DNA from: Gemmatimonadota bacterium
Lineage (GTDB): Bacteria; Gemmatimonadota; Gemmatimonadetes; Longimicrobiales; Gaopeijiaceae
Direction of reading: 5' to 3'
Assembly: GCA_039589315.1 (NCBI GenBank)
Contig: JBDHHQ010000097.1
Span: 1 to 14,900 of the forward strand
DNA length: 14,900 nt
Shown here: positions 7,403 through 14,900 of the stretch, piece by piece
Numbering within the stretch: position 1 is the first letter of the stretch
Layout: each line of letters starts with the position of its first letter
Program-made: the position numbers and the translations under genes
Notes under the pieces: model-generated
The model's database searches: none
What the model saw: only the letters and a program-made list of their open reading frames with translations
Told to the model about the DNA's origin: nothing

Positions 7403-10309
7403 CTAGCGGCAGTCGTTGGGGCGGTCCCGCCACCCGCCGCTGCCCAGCTTGGACAGGCAGATCGTCGCTTCGCCTGCGCCTAGAGGGGCGCCGTCCGGCG
7501 GGAGGGCCCCGCAGCTCGCGGCCCACACCTCTACCCGCGAGGTCACCAGTCGCGCGGTGGCCCGGTAGTCACCGGGACTCAGGCTCACCTGGTCGAAGGG
7601 AGCGCTGAGCGTAACCGACTGGGGGCCGCCGTTGCCCGGGTCGAACGAGCCGGTGATCCGTACGGACGTTCCGTCCTCACCACCGTGGCTGATGACCGCC
7701 ACCGCACACCAGGACGCCCCCCCCGGGTCGAGCGCCGTCAGGCCCACGGTCTGACCCAGCCCGACATCATCATCCAGAAGCTCGAGCGTAGTGACCAGGT
7801 CGGTCAGGCTGGGTACGGGTGCCGCTGACTCCACTGTCACGGACATGGAGGCGGTGCGGCCGCCCGCCGACGCGGTGATCCGTGCTTCTCCAGGAGCCAG
7901 CGCGACCACCACCCCCGCCGCATCTACGGCCGCGACGGCAGGAGTGCTGGACTCCCACGCCGCACGGCGGTCGAGTGCGGCAGTGCGGACACCCCTTATG
8001 GTGGCTCTGATCGCCGAGGACTCCCCTTCCTGCAGCGTCAGCGCCGGCGGAGTGAGACCGACGGAGGCGACCGGCTCCGGAGTCACCCGGACCGGGATGG
8101 ATCGTTCGACGCCACCGACCCTGGCGAAGATCCGCGTCCTCCCGGCGCTGGCGCCGAGGACGGTCGCGCCATCCCCTTCTCCCGTAACGGACGCGACGTC
8201 GCTGTCGGCCGAGAGCCACTCGACCTGCTGGCCCGCCAGGACACCGCCGCTGGCGTTCCTGGCCTCGGAGCGCAGGGATTGCGACAACCCGGCCTCCAAC
8301 GTCAGCGAGTCCTCCGAGATCCAGACCTCGGCGACCCGGTCCGGCGTGGGCGCTGGGGCGGCCGTGACGCGCACGAGCGAGGTGGATGCGACGTCGCCGG
8401 CCATGGCGGTGACCGTGGCCGACCCCGGAGATACGGCGCGCATGAGACCGTCGTCGGTCACGGCCGCCACCGCGGGGTCGCTGGACGTGAACCGGACGGC
8501 TGCGCCGCTCACGGTGCCGCCCTCCGCGTCCTCGGCCCGGGGAACCAACGTGACCTCCTGGCCGACCGTCAGGTCCACGCTCTCGGGCGTGAGCGCGAGG
8601 CTCGTCACGGTGGGACTAGCGGTTATGGGCTGCAACGGTGGTGGGTCCTCGGCTTGCTCGGGCGCCCCGGTCACCTCGACTCCCCCGTCCCCGCTGGACA
8701 ACGACTGAAGAGCGAAGCGCCCGCCGAAGAAGACGAGAACAATGGCCAGGGCCGCCCCTCCCGCCAGCGCTGCGGCCCGACGGGAGACGCGGGGCCAGGA
8801 GACCCCTGGTGCGGCCGCCTCTCCGGCAGTCCCCGGATCGACCGCAGCCCGACCGTGCCCGAGGGACACCGCTCCGATCCCACCCCGCTCGGGCTCGGCC
8901 GCCACCTCCCCGGCCTCGACGGCCACAGGCTCCTTGGTTTGCGTCGCGGCCTCACCGCCACCAGGCTCCCCGGTGGGCTCCCCGGCTTCGATCCCTTCGG
9001 GTTGGACGGCCGGGTCGTCGGACTCGACGGCCGCCTCCTGGGGCTCGACGGTCGAGGGATCGGGGGCCGTCCCCGCACCTGCCTGCGCAGCCCCCCCACC
9101 GGGCCTCATGGTCGCCCTCACGGACGCTGGACCACGCTGCTCCGGCGGTTCGTCGGGCTGTGCCGAAAGCCCCCCGGTGGCGTCCGTCACCGCTTCGGGC
9201 GCGCCAACCGGGGTTGACGGGCCGGCGCCCAGATAGGCGATGGCGTCCTCGAAGGACGGCCAGCGGTCTTCCGCCCGTTTCGCCAGCATCCGCCGGATGA
9301 TTCCCCAGAGCACCTGTGGGCAGTCCGGGCGCTCCTCACCGATGTGGGGGGGCGGATCGTTCATGTGCTTGTAGAGCAGCGCCCACTGAGAGTCGGCCCT
9401 GAACGGCACGCGACCCGCCAGCATCTCGTACAGCACGATGCCCAGGGAATACTGGTCCGACGCGCCGGTGAGCGAGCCTCCCCGGCACTGCTCGGGGCTC
9501 ATGTAGGTGGGGGTGCCTATGGTGCGCCCGGTCATCGTCAGTGTCTGCTGCTCCGCGACCTTGGCGATGCCGAAGTCGGTGACGACGGGCCGCCCTCTCC
9601 CGTCGAGCATGATGTTGCCGGGCTTGATGTCCCTGTGGATCACGCCCTCGCTGTGGGCATAGGACAGCGCCTCACCGACGCCCCGAATGACCCGCTCGAC
9701 CGTGTTGAACGGAAGCGGTCCCTCCTCGGCGATGAGGGCTTCGAGGGACGGACCGTCCACGTGCTTCATGACGAAGTAGAGAAGTCCGCCCGACTCCTCG
9801 ACCAGGTAGATGGGCACGATCCCGGGGTGACTCAGCGATGCCGTGGTCATGGCCTCGAGCCGGAACCGCTCCACGGTGTCGCTCCCGCGGAACAGCACAG
9901 GCGACATGACCTTGATGGCGACGTGACGGTTGGCCAGGCGCTCGTGGGCCAGAAACACGGCGGCCATGCCCCCCCGCCCCAGCTCCGACTCGATGACGTA
10001 GCGACCCATGGTGGCCTGCTGGAGGACGGCCAGCAGGTCGGGCGTCGGGGGTGCGCTCGGACCGGTGGTGAAGGGGTTCGGCTCGGCACCGGCATCGGGG
10101 GTCAGGACCGTGGCCGAGATCTCCTGGTCGGCTTCAGCCGGCGGCTGGGTGGGCGACTCCGCATCCGGCGTGTCGCGCCACGCCTCGTCGAGAGGGTCGT
10201 ACGACGGGGGCAGGGCGTCCAACCCGACGGGCGTCCCGCACCGAAAGCAGGAGTCGACGCCCTCCTGCAGCTCGGTACCGCAATTCGTGCAGCTAACGAG
10301 CGGAGACAC
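7403..10309 (-). CDS. Hanks-type membrane Ser/Thr protein kinase with N-terminal zinc ribbon and three extracytoplasmic Big_2 (Ig-like) domains, 968 aa
   Basis: CTNC...CFRC ribbon. Kinase motifs LGRGGMAAVF, VAIK, HRDIKPGN, DFG, GTPTYMSPEQ and SDQYSLG. Then a Pro/Ala/Glu linker, a TM helix (AAALAGGAALAIVLVFFGG), three repeats of the type [FW]xSxxPxVAxV..G...G.A.IxA, and a C-terminal domain with four Cys. Confidence 0.93.
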   Translation of the reverse strand: MSPLVSCTNCGTELQEGVDSCFRCGTPVGLDALPPSYDPLDEAWRDTPDAESPTQPPAEADQEISATVLTPDAGAEPNPFTTGPSAPPTPDLLAVLQQATMGRYVIESELGRGGMAAVFLAHERLANRHVAIKVMSPVLFRGSDTVERFRLEAMTTASLSHPGIVPIYLVEESGGLLYFVMKHVDGPSLEALIAEEGPLPFNTVERVIRGVGEALSYAHSEGVIHRDIKPGNIMLDGRGRPVVTDFGIAKVAEQQTLTMTGRTIGTPTYMSPEQCRGGSLTGASDQYSLGIVLYEMLAGRVPFRADSQWALLYKHMNDPPPHIGEERPDCPQVLWGIIRRMLAKRAEDRWPSFEDAIAYLGAGPSTPVGAPEAVTDATGGLSAQPDEPPEQRGPASVRATMRPGGGAAQAGAGTAPDPSTVEPQEAAVESDDPAVQPEGIEAGEPTGEPGGGEAATQTKEPVAVEAGEVAAEPERGGIGAVSLGHGRAAVDPGTAGEAAAPGVSWPRVSRRAAALAGGAALAIVLVFFGGRFALQSLSSGDGGVEVTGAPEQAEDPPPLQPITASPTVTSLALTPESVDLTVGQEVTLVPRAEDAEGGTVSGAAVRFTSSDPAVAAVTDDGLMRAVSPGSATVTAMAGDVASTSLVRVTAAPAPTPDRVAEVWISEDSLTLEAGLSQSLRSEARNASGGVLAGQQVEWLSADSDVASVTGEGDGATVLGASAGRTRIFARVGGVERSIPVRVTPEPVASVGLTPPALTLQEGESSAIRATIRGVRTAALDRRAAWESSTPAVAAVDAAGVVVALAPGEARITASAGGRTASMSVTVESAAPVPSLTDLVTTLELLDDDVGLGQTVGLTALDPGGASWCAVAVISHGGEDGTSVRITGSFDPGNGGPQSVTLSAPFDQVSLSPGDYRATARLVTSRVEVWAASCGALPPDGAPLGAGEATICLSKLGSGGWRDRPNDCR

Positions 10310-10600
10310 GCGTCAACCGGTCGCGCCGGGGTCGCCGCGACGTGCGCTGCAGTGCTCGGGGCCGGTCGGCCGATCGGCCTGCGGCATCCAGACCTCCTCC
10401 CTCGAGTGACATCCCAACGATGATAGCCGCCTGAAGGCTCGTCGTGCCAGGCCGGTGAATGCCGAATTTCTGGCCGATGATCGCCCTGTCTCGGCCCATG
10501 AGTCGTGGAGCGCCAGCCCCGAGAATGTTGCCCTATGGGCGACGGCACTGAATTATCATCCAAGCCCCGCAGGTAGCTCACCAGTGCAGGAGGCCGTCCC

Positions 10601-11935
10601 TTGCCCGCAGGATTCGTCCACTCCCAGAGTGCCCGTTCGAGCTCGATCCGCGGGACGTTCGCCCTCCTCTTGGTCTGGGCCGCAGCTGCAGGCTGCGCCT
10701 CGACCGGCGGCGCCCCCGCCGTCCCCACCGCCCAGGAGTTGCCGGCACTGGAGGACCAGCTCGGCCGGAACCCGAGCGACGTTCCCACCATGGTCCAGCT
10801 CGGGGCCGGGTACCGCGAGGCGGGGCGCCTGGACGACGCGCGTGTCCTCCTGGAGCGCGCCCGCGAGACGGAACCCGAGAACGGTGCGGCGACGTTGTTC
10901 CTGGGGCTGACCTATGAGGATCTGAACAGATACGCCGACGCCGGGTCCGTCTACGAGGCCTACCTGGAGCTGCCTGGAGCCGCGCTGCAGGATCAGGTCG
11001 CTGCCCGCGTGCCCATCGTTCGACGGAACGAGCTCCAGCAGGTATTGGCTGCGACCCTGGTGAACGAGGAAGATCGCGACGTGGCCGAGGTCGATCCCGC
11101 GGCCGTCGCCGTGTTCCCGTTCCTCTACCGTGGGCTGAACCCCGAGTACCGGCCCTTGAGCCGGGCCCTGTCGGCCATGCTCATCACGGACCTCTCGCAG
11201 ACCGATCGCCTGCGGGTGCTCGAACGACTCGAGGTCCAGGTTCTCATGGACGAGCTGGCCCTCGAAGAGACTGGCGTCGTGGATCCTGGCACGGCGGTTC
11301 GCAGCGGGCTGCTGCTGGGCGCCGGAAACGTGATTCAGGGAGCCATCGGGGGATCCCAGGAGGTGGTGTCGCTCGAAGCGTCCGTGGTGGGGGTCGGAGG
11401 TGACGTCCCGGACGCGCCACCCGTCACCGACGAAGACGCCGCCGAACGGCTGTTCGACATGCAGAAGCGAGTGGCGCTCGGGCTCTATGCGGCGCTGGGC
11501 ATCGAGCTGACGGTCGCGGAACGCGAGGCGGTGGAACGGCGTTGGACCACCAACCTGGTGGCGCTGCTGGAGTTCGGGCAGGGACTCGAGGCCGAGGACG
11601 CCCGGGACTACGCCCGGGCAGCCGGCCACTTCCGCCGCGCCGCAGAGCTGGATCCGAACTTCCAGGAGGCCGGCGAGCGGGCTTCGGCGGCCGATCTCCT
11701 GGCAGATGCCGCGTCGACCACCACCACGGCCCTCGCCTCGGAAGCCGCGACCGTGCTCCTCGTGGACATGGGCTTCACCCAGTTCTTCGATCTGGCCGAA
11801 GCCCTGGAGGGTGCTCAGCAGTTGGTCCCCTCCGCCGAAAGCCGCGATCCCGTCTCCGAGGTCGCCGGCATCGAGGGGTTCCGGCCACGCACCCGGATCG
11901 ACGTTACGATCCGCCGGCCTCCGGGGGGTGGATGA
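10601..11935 (+). CDS. Lipoprotein with TPR repeats and a CsgG/HfaB/FlgO-like domain, 444 aa
   Basis: AGGAGG (10588-10593) then TTG start. Lipobox LLLVWAAAAG-C. TPR helices (LGAGYREAGRLDDARVLLERA; LGLTYEDLNRYADA). CsgG-like core AVAVFPF...LITDLS...LRVLER...LMDELAL...GLLLGAGNVIQGAI. A further TPR (YARAAGHFRRAAELDPNF). Confidence 0.85.
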   Translation: MPAGFVHSQSARSSSIRGTFALLLVWAAAAGCASTGGAPAVPTAQELPALEDQLGRNPSDVPTMVQLGAGYREAGRLDDARVLLERARETEPENGAATLFLGLTYEDLNRYADAGSVYEAYLELPGAALQDQVAARVPIVRRNELQQVLAATLVNEEDRDVAEVDPAAVAVFPFLYRGLNPEYRPLSRALSAMLITDLSQTDRLRVLERLEVQVLMDELALEETGVVDPGTAVRSGLLLGAGNVIQGAIGGSQEVVSLEASVVGVGGDVPDAPPVTDEDAAERLFDMQKRVALGLYAALGIELTVAEREAVERRWTTNLVALLEFGQGLEAEDARDYARAAGHFRRAAELDPNFQEAGERASAADLLADAASTTTTALASEAATVLLVDMGFTQFFDLAEALEGAQQLVPSAESRDPVSEVAGIEGFRPRTRIDVTIRRPPGGG

Positions 11936-13071
11936 TGACGGCCGTCACGTGGGCTCGGCGAGCTGCCGTCCTGACGGCCTTCTTGGCTGTGGTGTCGTCG
12001 CCCGCCGCCGGGCAGGCCGTGCCCTGGAGTGTCGGGGCCGGGGCCGAGGTCCAGCGGTTCAACTTCAGCGACTCGGAGTCCGCGGGGATCAAGGCTCTCA
12101 CTCTCTTCACGGTTCCGGTCGCCGCCGACGTGACGCTGGGGCAGCGCGTCACGATGCGCCTGGCTGGCTTCTATGCGAGCGGGTCGCTCGAGGACCGGAG
12201 TGGGACCACCAGCTCGATCAGCGGGCTGACCGATACCGATCTGTCGGCCACGGTGTCGCTGGCCGACGGGTCGGCCGCGATCACCGCGGTGGCGGCCCTT
12301 CCCACGGGCAACTCGACGCACACCCTCGAGGAGGCCAACGTCGCCGGACTGGTCGCTTCGGACCTCCTGCCCTTCAGGATCTCCAACTGGGGATCGGGCG
12401 GTGGCTTCGGCGTCAGGGCCCTGGGGGCCCGTTCCTTTGGGCGCGTCGGTGCGGGGTTGAGTATCGGCTACTTCGTGGCGGGCGACTTCAGCCCCGTTGC
12501 GGAGGACCAGTTGGTGTACCGGCCCGGGAGCACGCTGCAGGTGCGGGCCGCCATCGACGGCAACGTCGGCAGGGCCGGAAAAGCGTCGCTGGAGATCAGC
12601 TTCCAGACGTTCGGCGAAGACGTTGCCGAGGACATCAACCTGTATCAGTCCGGCAACCGGTTCCAGGCCATCGGCTCCTACGCGTTCGCCGCCGGACGCC
12701 GCTCCAGCGCGGTGGTGTATCTCGGGGCCATGCACCGAGCCTCTGGTGAGTTCGACCCCTCGATCAACGCACCGTTCACGGCTGGTCCGCAGACGCTGTT
12801 CATGGCCGGTGCGGGTGGGCGCCTGCGCGTCGGAGGCACCCTCGTGCTGCCGACCCTGGACCTGCGTGCGCTCCGGAGCGACGACGGCATCGATCAGGGC
12901 TTCGACTCTCGCCTGGGCGTCGCCGCAGAGTTCCGGACCGCTGGAGGTTGGGCGTTCGTGCCGCTGGCCCGCGTGCACCTCGGCCGAATTCAGGTGGTCG
13001 AGGGCGTGGAGAGCTCGTTCGTCGGTGTCGACCTGGGGCTGACGGTCCGGGTCGGGAGGTTCGGGCTGTGA
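11932..13071 (+). CDS. Outer-membrane beta-barrel protein, 379 aa
   Basis: ATG 11932 overlaps the upstream TGA; the track start at 11542 is an over-extension. Signal peptide ...LAVVSSPAAG-Q. Many Gly/aromatic amphipathic strands ending VDLGLTVRVGRFGL. SGLTDTDL...ALPTG recalls MetA_deg/SphA-type barrels (weak). Confidence 0.85.
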   Translation: MMTAVTWARRAAVLTAFLAVVSSPAAGQAVPWSVGAGAEVQRFNFSDSESAGIKALTLFTVPVAADVTLGQRVTMRLAGFYASGSLEDRSGTTSSISGLTDTDLSATVSLADGSAAITAVAALPTGNSTHTLEEANVAGLVASDLLPFRISNWGSGGGFGVRALGARSFGRVGAGLSIGYFVAGDFSPVAEDQLVYRPGSTLQVRAAIDGNVGRAGKASLEISFQTFGEDVAEDINLYQSGNRFQAIGSYAFAAGRRSSAVVYLGAMHRASGEFDPSINAPFTAGPQTLFMAGAGGRLRVGGTLVLPTLDLRALRSDDGIDQGFDSRLGVAAEFRTAGGWAFVPLARVHLGRIQVVEGVESSFVGVDLGLTVRVGRFGL

Positions 13072-14900
13072 ACCGCTCCCTCAGCCGTCGCGTCTCGACC
13101 GCTCTGGTGCAGGCCGCCGTACTCGGTACGCTCTTCGCCTGCGACGGGCTGTTGGTCGAGCCGGCGCCGCCTCCGCCAGCCACGCTTACGGTCGCCTTCA
13201 ACCTCTCTCCGTCCGCCGCTGCCGCGTCCCGGGGCCCAGCCGAGGCCTTCGACAAAGCCGACCAGGTCGTGGTCACGATCGTGGACCTGGCAGGCAACGT
13301 CGTGCACGAGGAGACGGTCCCGTTCCAGTCGACCGGCGGGGACACGCAGTTGCGGACCATCCAGGTCGCGTTGGGAGGGAGCGAGACCACGTACCGACTC
13401 GAAGTCGATATGCTCTTCAACGGCCAGTCCGTGTTCCGCGGCGGCGAGACCCTCAGCCTGGAGCCGGGACAGGCGACGGCCGTCACGATCTCGGTGGATC
13501 CGGTCCCGTCGGTTCTCGAGGTGGATCCGGTCCCGACGATCGACGCCCTGGGCGAGACCTGGCGGCTGTCCGGGAGGGTGCTGCTGGCCACCGGCGACAC
13601 CATCCCGTCCATCCTCGTCTGGTCGAGTCAGAACACGTCCGTGGTGACGGTGACACCCACCGGCACGCTCACGACGGTGGGCGAAGGCACCGCCACGGTC
13701 GTGGCGAGCTCCGCAGGGCTCACGGGCCAGACCCAGGTACTGGTCGAGGCCACCGTGACCGCGGTGGTCGTGGCGCCGAACCCCGCGAATGCCTTGCTGG
13801 GCACCACCCTGCAGCTCACTGCCACGGCACTCGACCGGAACGAGAATCCTCTGTCCCGCACAGCGACGTGGTCTTCGTCCGATCCGTCGGTGGCCACGAT
13901 CGACCAGAGCGGGCTGGCCAGCGCAGTCGGCGTCGGTACCACGACGATCTCGGCCGAGGCGGGTGGCGTCACCGGCACCACGATTCTGACAGTGACCGCA
14001 GATCCGCCGGCCGTGGAGACGCGTGAGGCGACCGACATCTCCACGACGATCGCCACGCTCCAGGCCCTGGTGAACCCCAACGGGCTCCCGACGGTGGCGT
14101 GGTTCGAGTGGGGAGGGGAGAACGATCCGTCGTCGTTCGTTTCCACGCCTGAGCGGGACGTGGGCAACGCGTTCACCAGCCAGGCGTTCAGCGAGGACCT
14201 GTCGGGACTCACGCCGGGGACCCCCTACTTCTTCCGTGTGGCCGCGACGAATTCAATCGGCACCAGCCGAGGCGAGGTGGTCCAGCTCGACACCGAGGCC
14301 CTGCTGGAGATCGTCACCGAGGGGCTGCCTCTGGCGGCGGTCGACCTGCCCTACGAGGCGTCCTTCGAGGCCATCGGCGGTGATGGCAGCTACACCTGGA
14401 GCGTGGCGGGCGGATCGCTGCCGCCGGGGCTGACGATGTCGGCGTCGGGTCAGATCACCGGGACCCCCCCGGAGACCGGCACGTATCCCTTCACGGTGCA
14501 GGTCGCCAGCGGCACGCAGGTCGTGACGGGAAACTTCTCCATCACCGTCGTGACGCTACAGGTCCTCACGACCTCCCTTCCCGACGGTACGCTGCGGGCA
14601 CCGTACAACGAAACGCTGCAGGCGATCGGCGGCACCGGCTCGTACGTGTGGGATTTGGCCGTAGGCAGCCTACCGCCCGGACTCACGTTGAGCAGCGACG
14701 GCCGCATATCCGGGACACCGACGCAGAGCGGCACGTTCGCTTTCACCGTCCGGGTCACCAGCGGCCAACAGACAGCGACCCGCGCGCTGTCCATCTTCGT
14801 TCGCATACCGACCGGTCAGATCAGCGGGACCGTGACATTCGCCGGATCCCCGCTGCCCGGCACCCAGGTCTTCCTGTCGGGTGCGTTCTCTGGCGCGACC
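13068..14900 (+). CDS. Large Ig-repeat surface lipoprotein, partial (at least 611 aa, runs off the window)
   Basis: GGGAGG then GTG 13068 overlapping the barrel stop (GTGA). Manual translation is open to the window end. MNRSLSRRVSTALVQAAVLGTLFA-C25 lipobox, an N-terminal beta domain, two Big_2 (WSSSDPSVATIDQSG), one FN3-like (LSGLTPGTPYFFRVAATN), two putative-Ig/He_PIG (GSLPPGLT...G.I.GTP..G.Y/F.FTV), then the start of a carboxypeptidase-regulatory-like domain (GQISGTVT..GSPLPG). Confidence 0.9.
   Translation, partial: MNRSLSRRVSTALVQAAVLGTLFACDGLLVEPAPPPPATLTVAFNLSPSAAAASRGPAEAFDKADQVVVTIVDLAGNVVHEETVPFQSTGGDTQLRTIQVALGGSETTYRLEVDMLFNGQSVFRGGETLSLEPGQATAVTISVDPVPSVLEVDPVPTIDALGETWRLSGRVLLATGDTIPSILVWSSQNTSVVTVTPTGTLTTVGEGTATVVASSAGLTGQTQVLVEATVTAVVVAPNPANALLGTTLQLTATALDRNENPLSRTATWSSSDPSVATIDQSGLASAVGVGTTTISAEAGGVTGTTILTVTADPPAVETREATDISTTIATLQALVNPNGLPTVAWFEWGGENDPSSFVSTPERDVGNAFTSQAFSEDLSGLTPGTPYFFRVAATNSIGTSRGEVVQLDTEALLEIVTEGLPLAAVDLPYEASFEAIGGDGSYTWSVAGGSLPPGLTMSASGQITGTPPETGTYPFTVQVASGTQVVTGNFSITVVTLQVLTTSLPDGTLRAPYNETLQAIGGTGSYVWDLAVGSLPPGLTLSSDGRISGTPTQSGTFAFTVRVTSGQQTATRALSIFVRIPTGQISGTVTFAGSPLPGTQVFLSGAFSGAT

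Noticed and set aside
10543..10560. Sigma54 promoter CGGCAC-N5-TATC upstream of the envelope operon
   Set aside because: The -12 GC dinucleotide is absent. The nearby TTGCCC/TATCAT pair is 20 bp apart, too long for a confident sigma70 call.
5303..14806. Antisense and off-frame ORFs such as 5303..6427, 7791..8708, 9344..10423, 10556..11629, 11815..12978, 12800..13612, 13628..14212 and 14450..14806
   Set aside because: Each mirrors a better supported gene that has recognisable domains and, in most cases, an RBS or signal peptide.
1..14900. CRISPR array, tRNA/rRNA or IS element
   Set aside because: No regularly spaced repeat-spacer units, RNA gene signatures or transposase motifs were seen by eye.

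Overview
Very GC-rich bacterial window. The gene content (ADOP permease with PadR, Big_2-bearing Ser/Thr kinase, many lipoproteins and beta-barrels) suggests Gemmatimonadota or a related lineage; this is an inference. Left part: an apparently intact integron integrase (385..1353, minus) with an attI/attC-half-like site about 200 bp downstream and co-oriented, suggesting an 'inverted' integron whose cassette array would lie left of the window. Next come a padR plus orphan duplicated ABC permease operon (minus) and a small frameshifted hypothetical gene. The right 9.6 kb is a cell-envelope cluster: a lipoprotein divergent from a small outer-membrane barrel, a membrane Ser/Thr kinase with three Big_2 domains, and a divergent translationally coupled operon. 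That operon encodes a TPR/CsgG-like lipoprotein, an outer-membrane beta-barrel and a large Ig-repeat lipoprotein (13068..>14900, absent from the ORF track). It is the best candidate for an undescribed surface-display or adhesin-assembly system.
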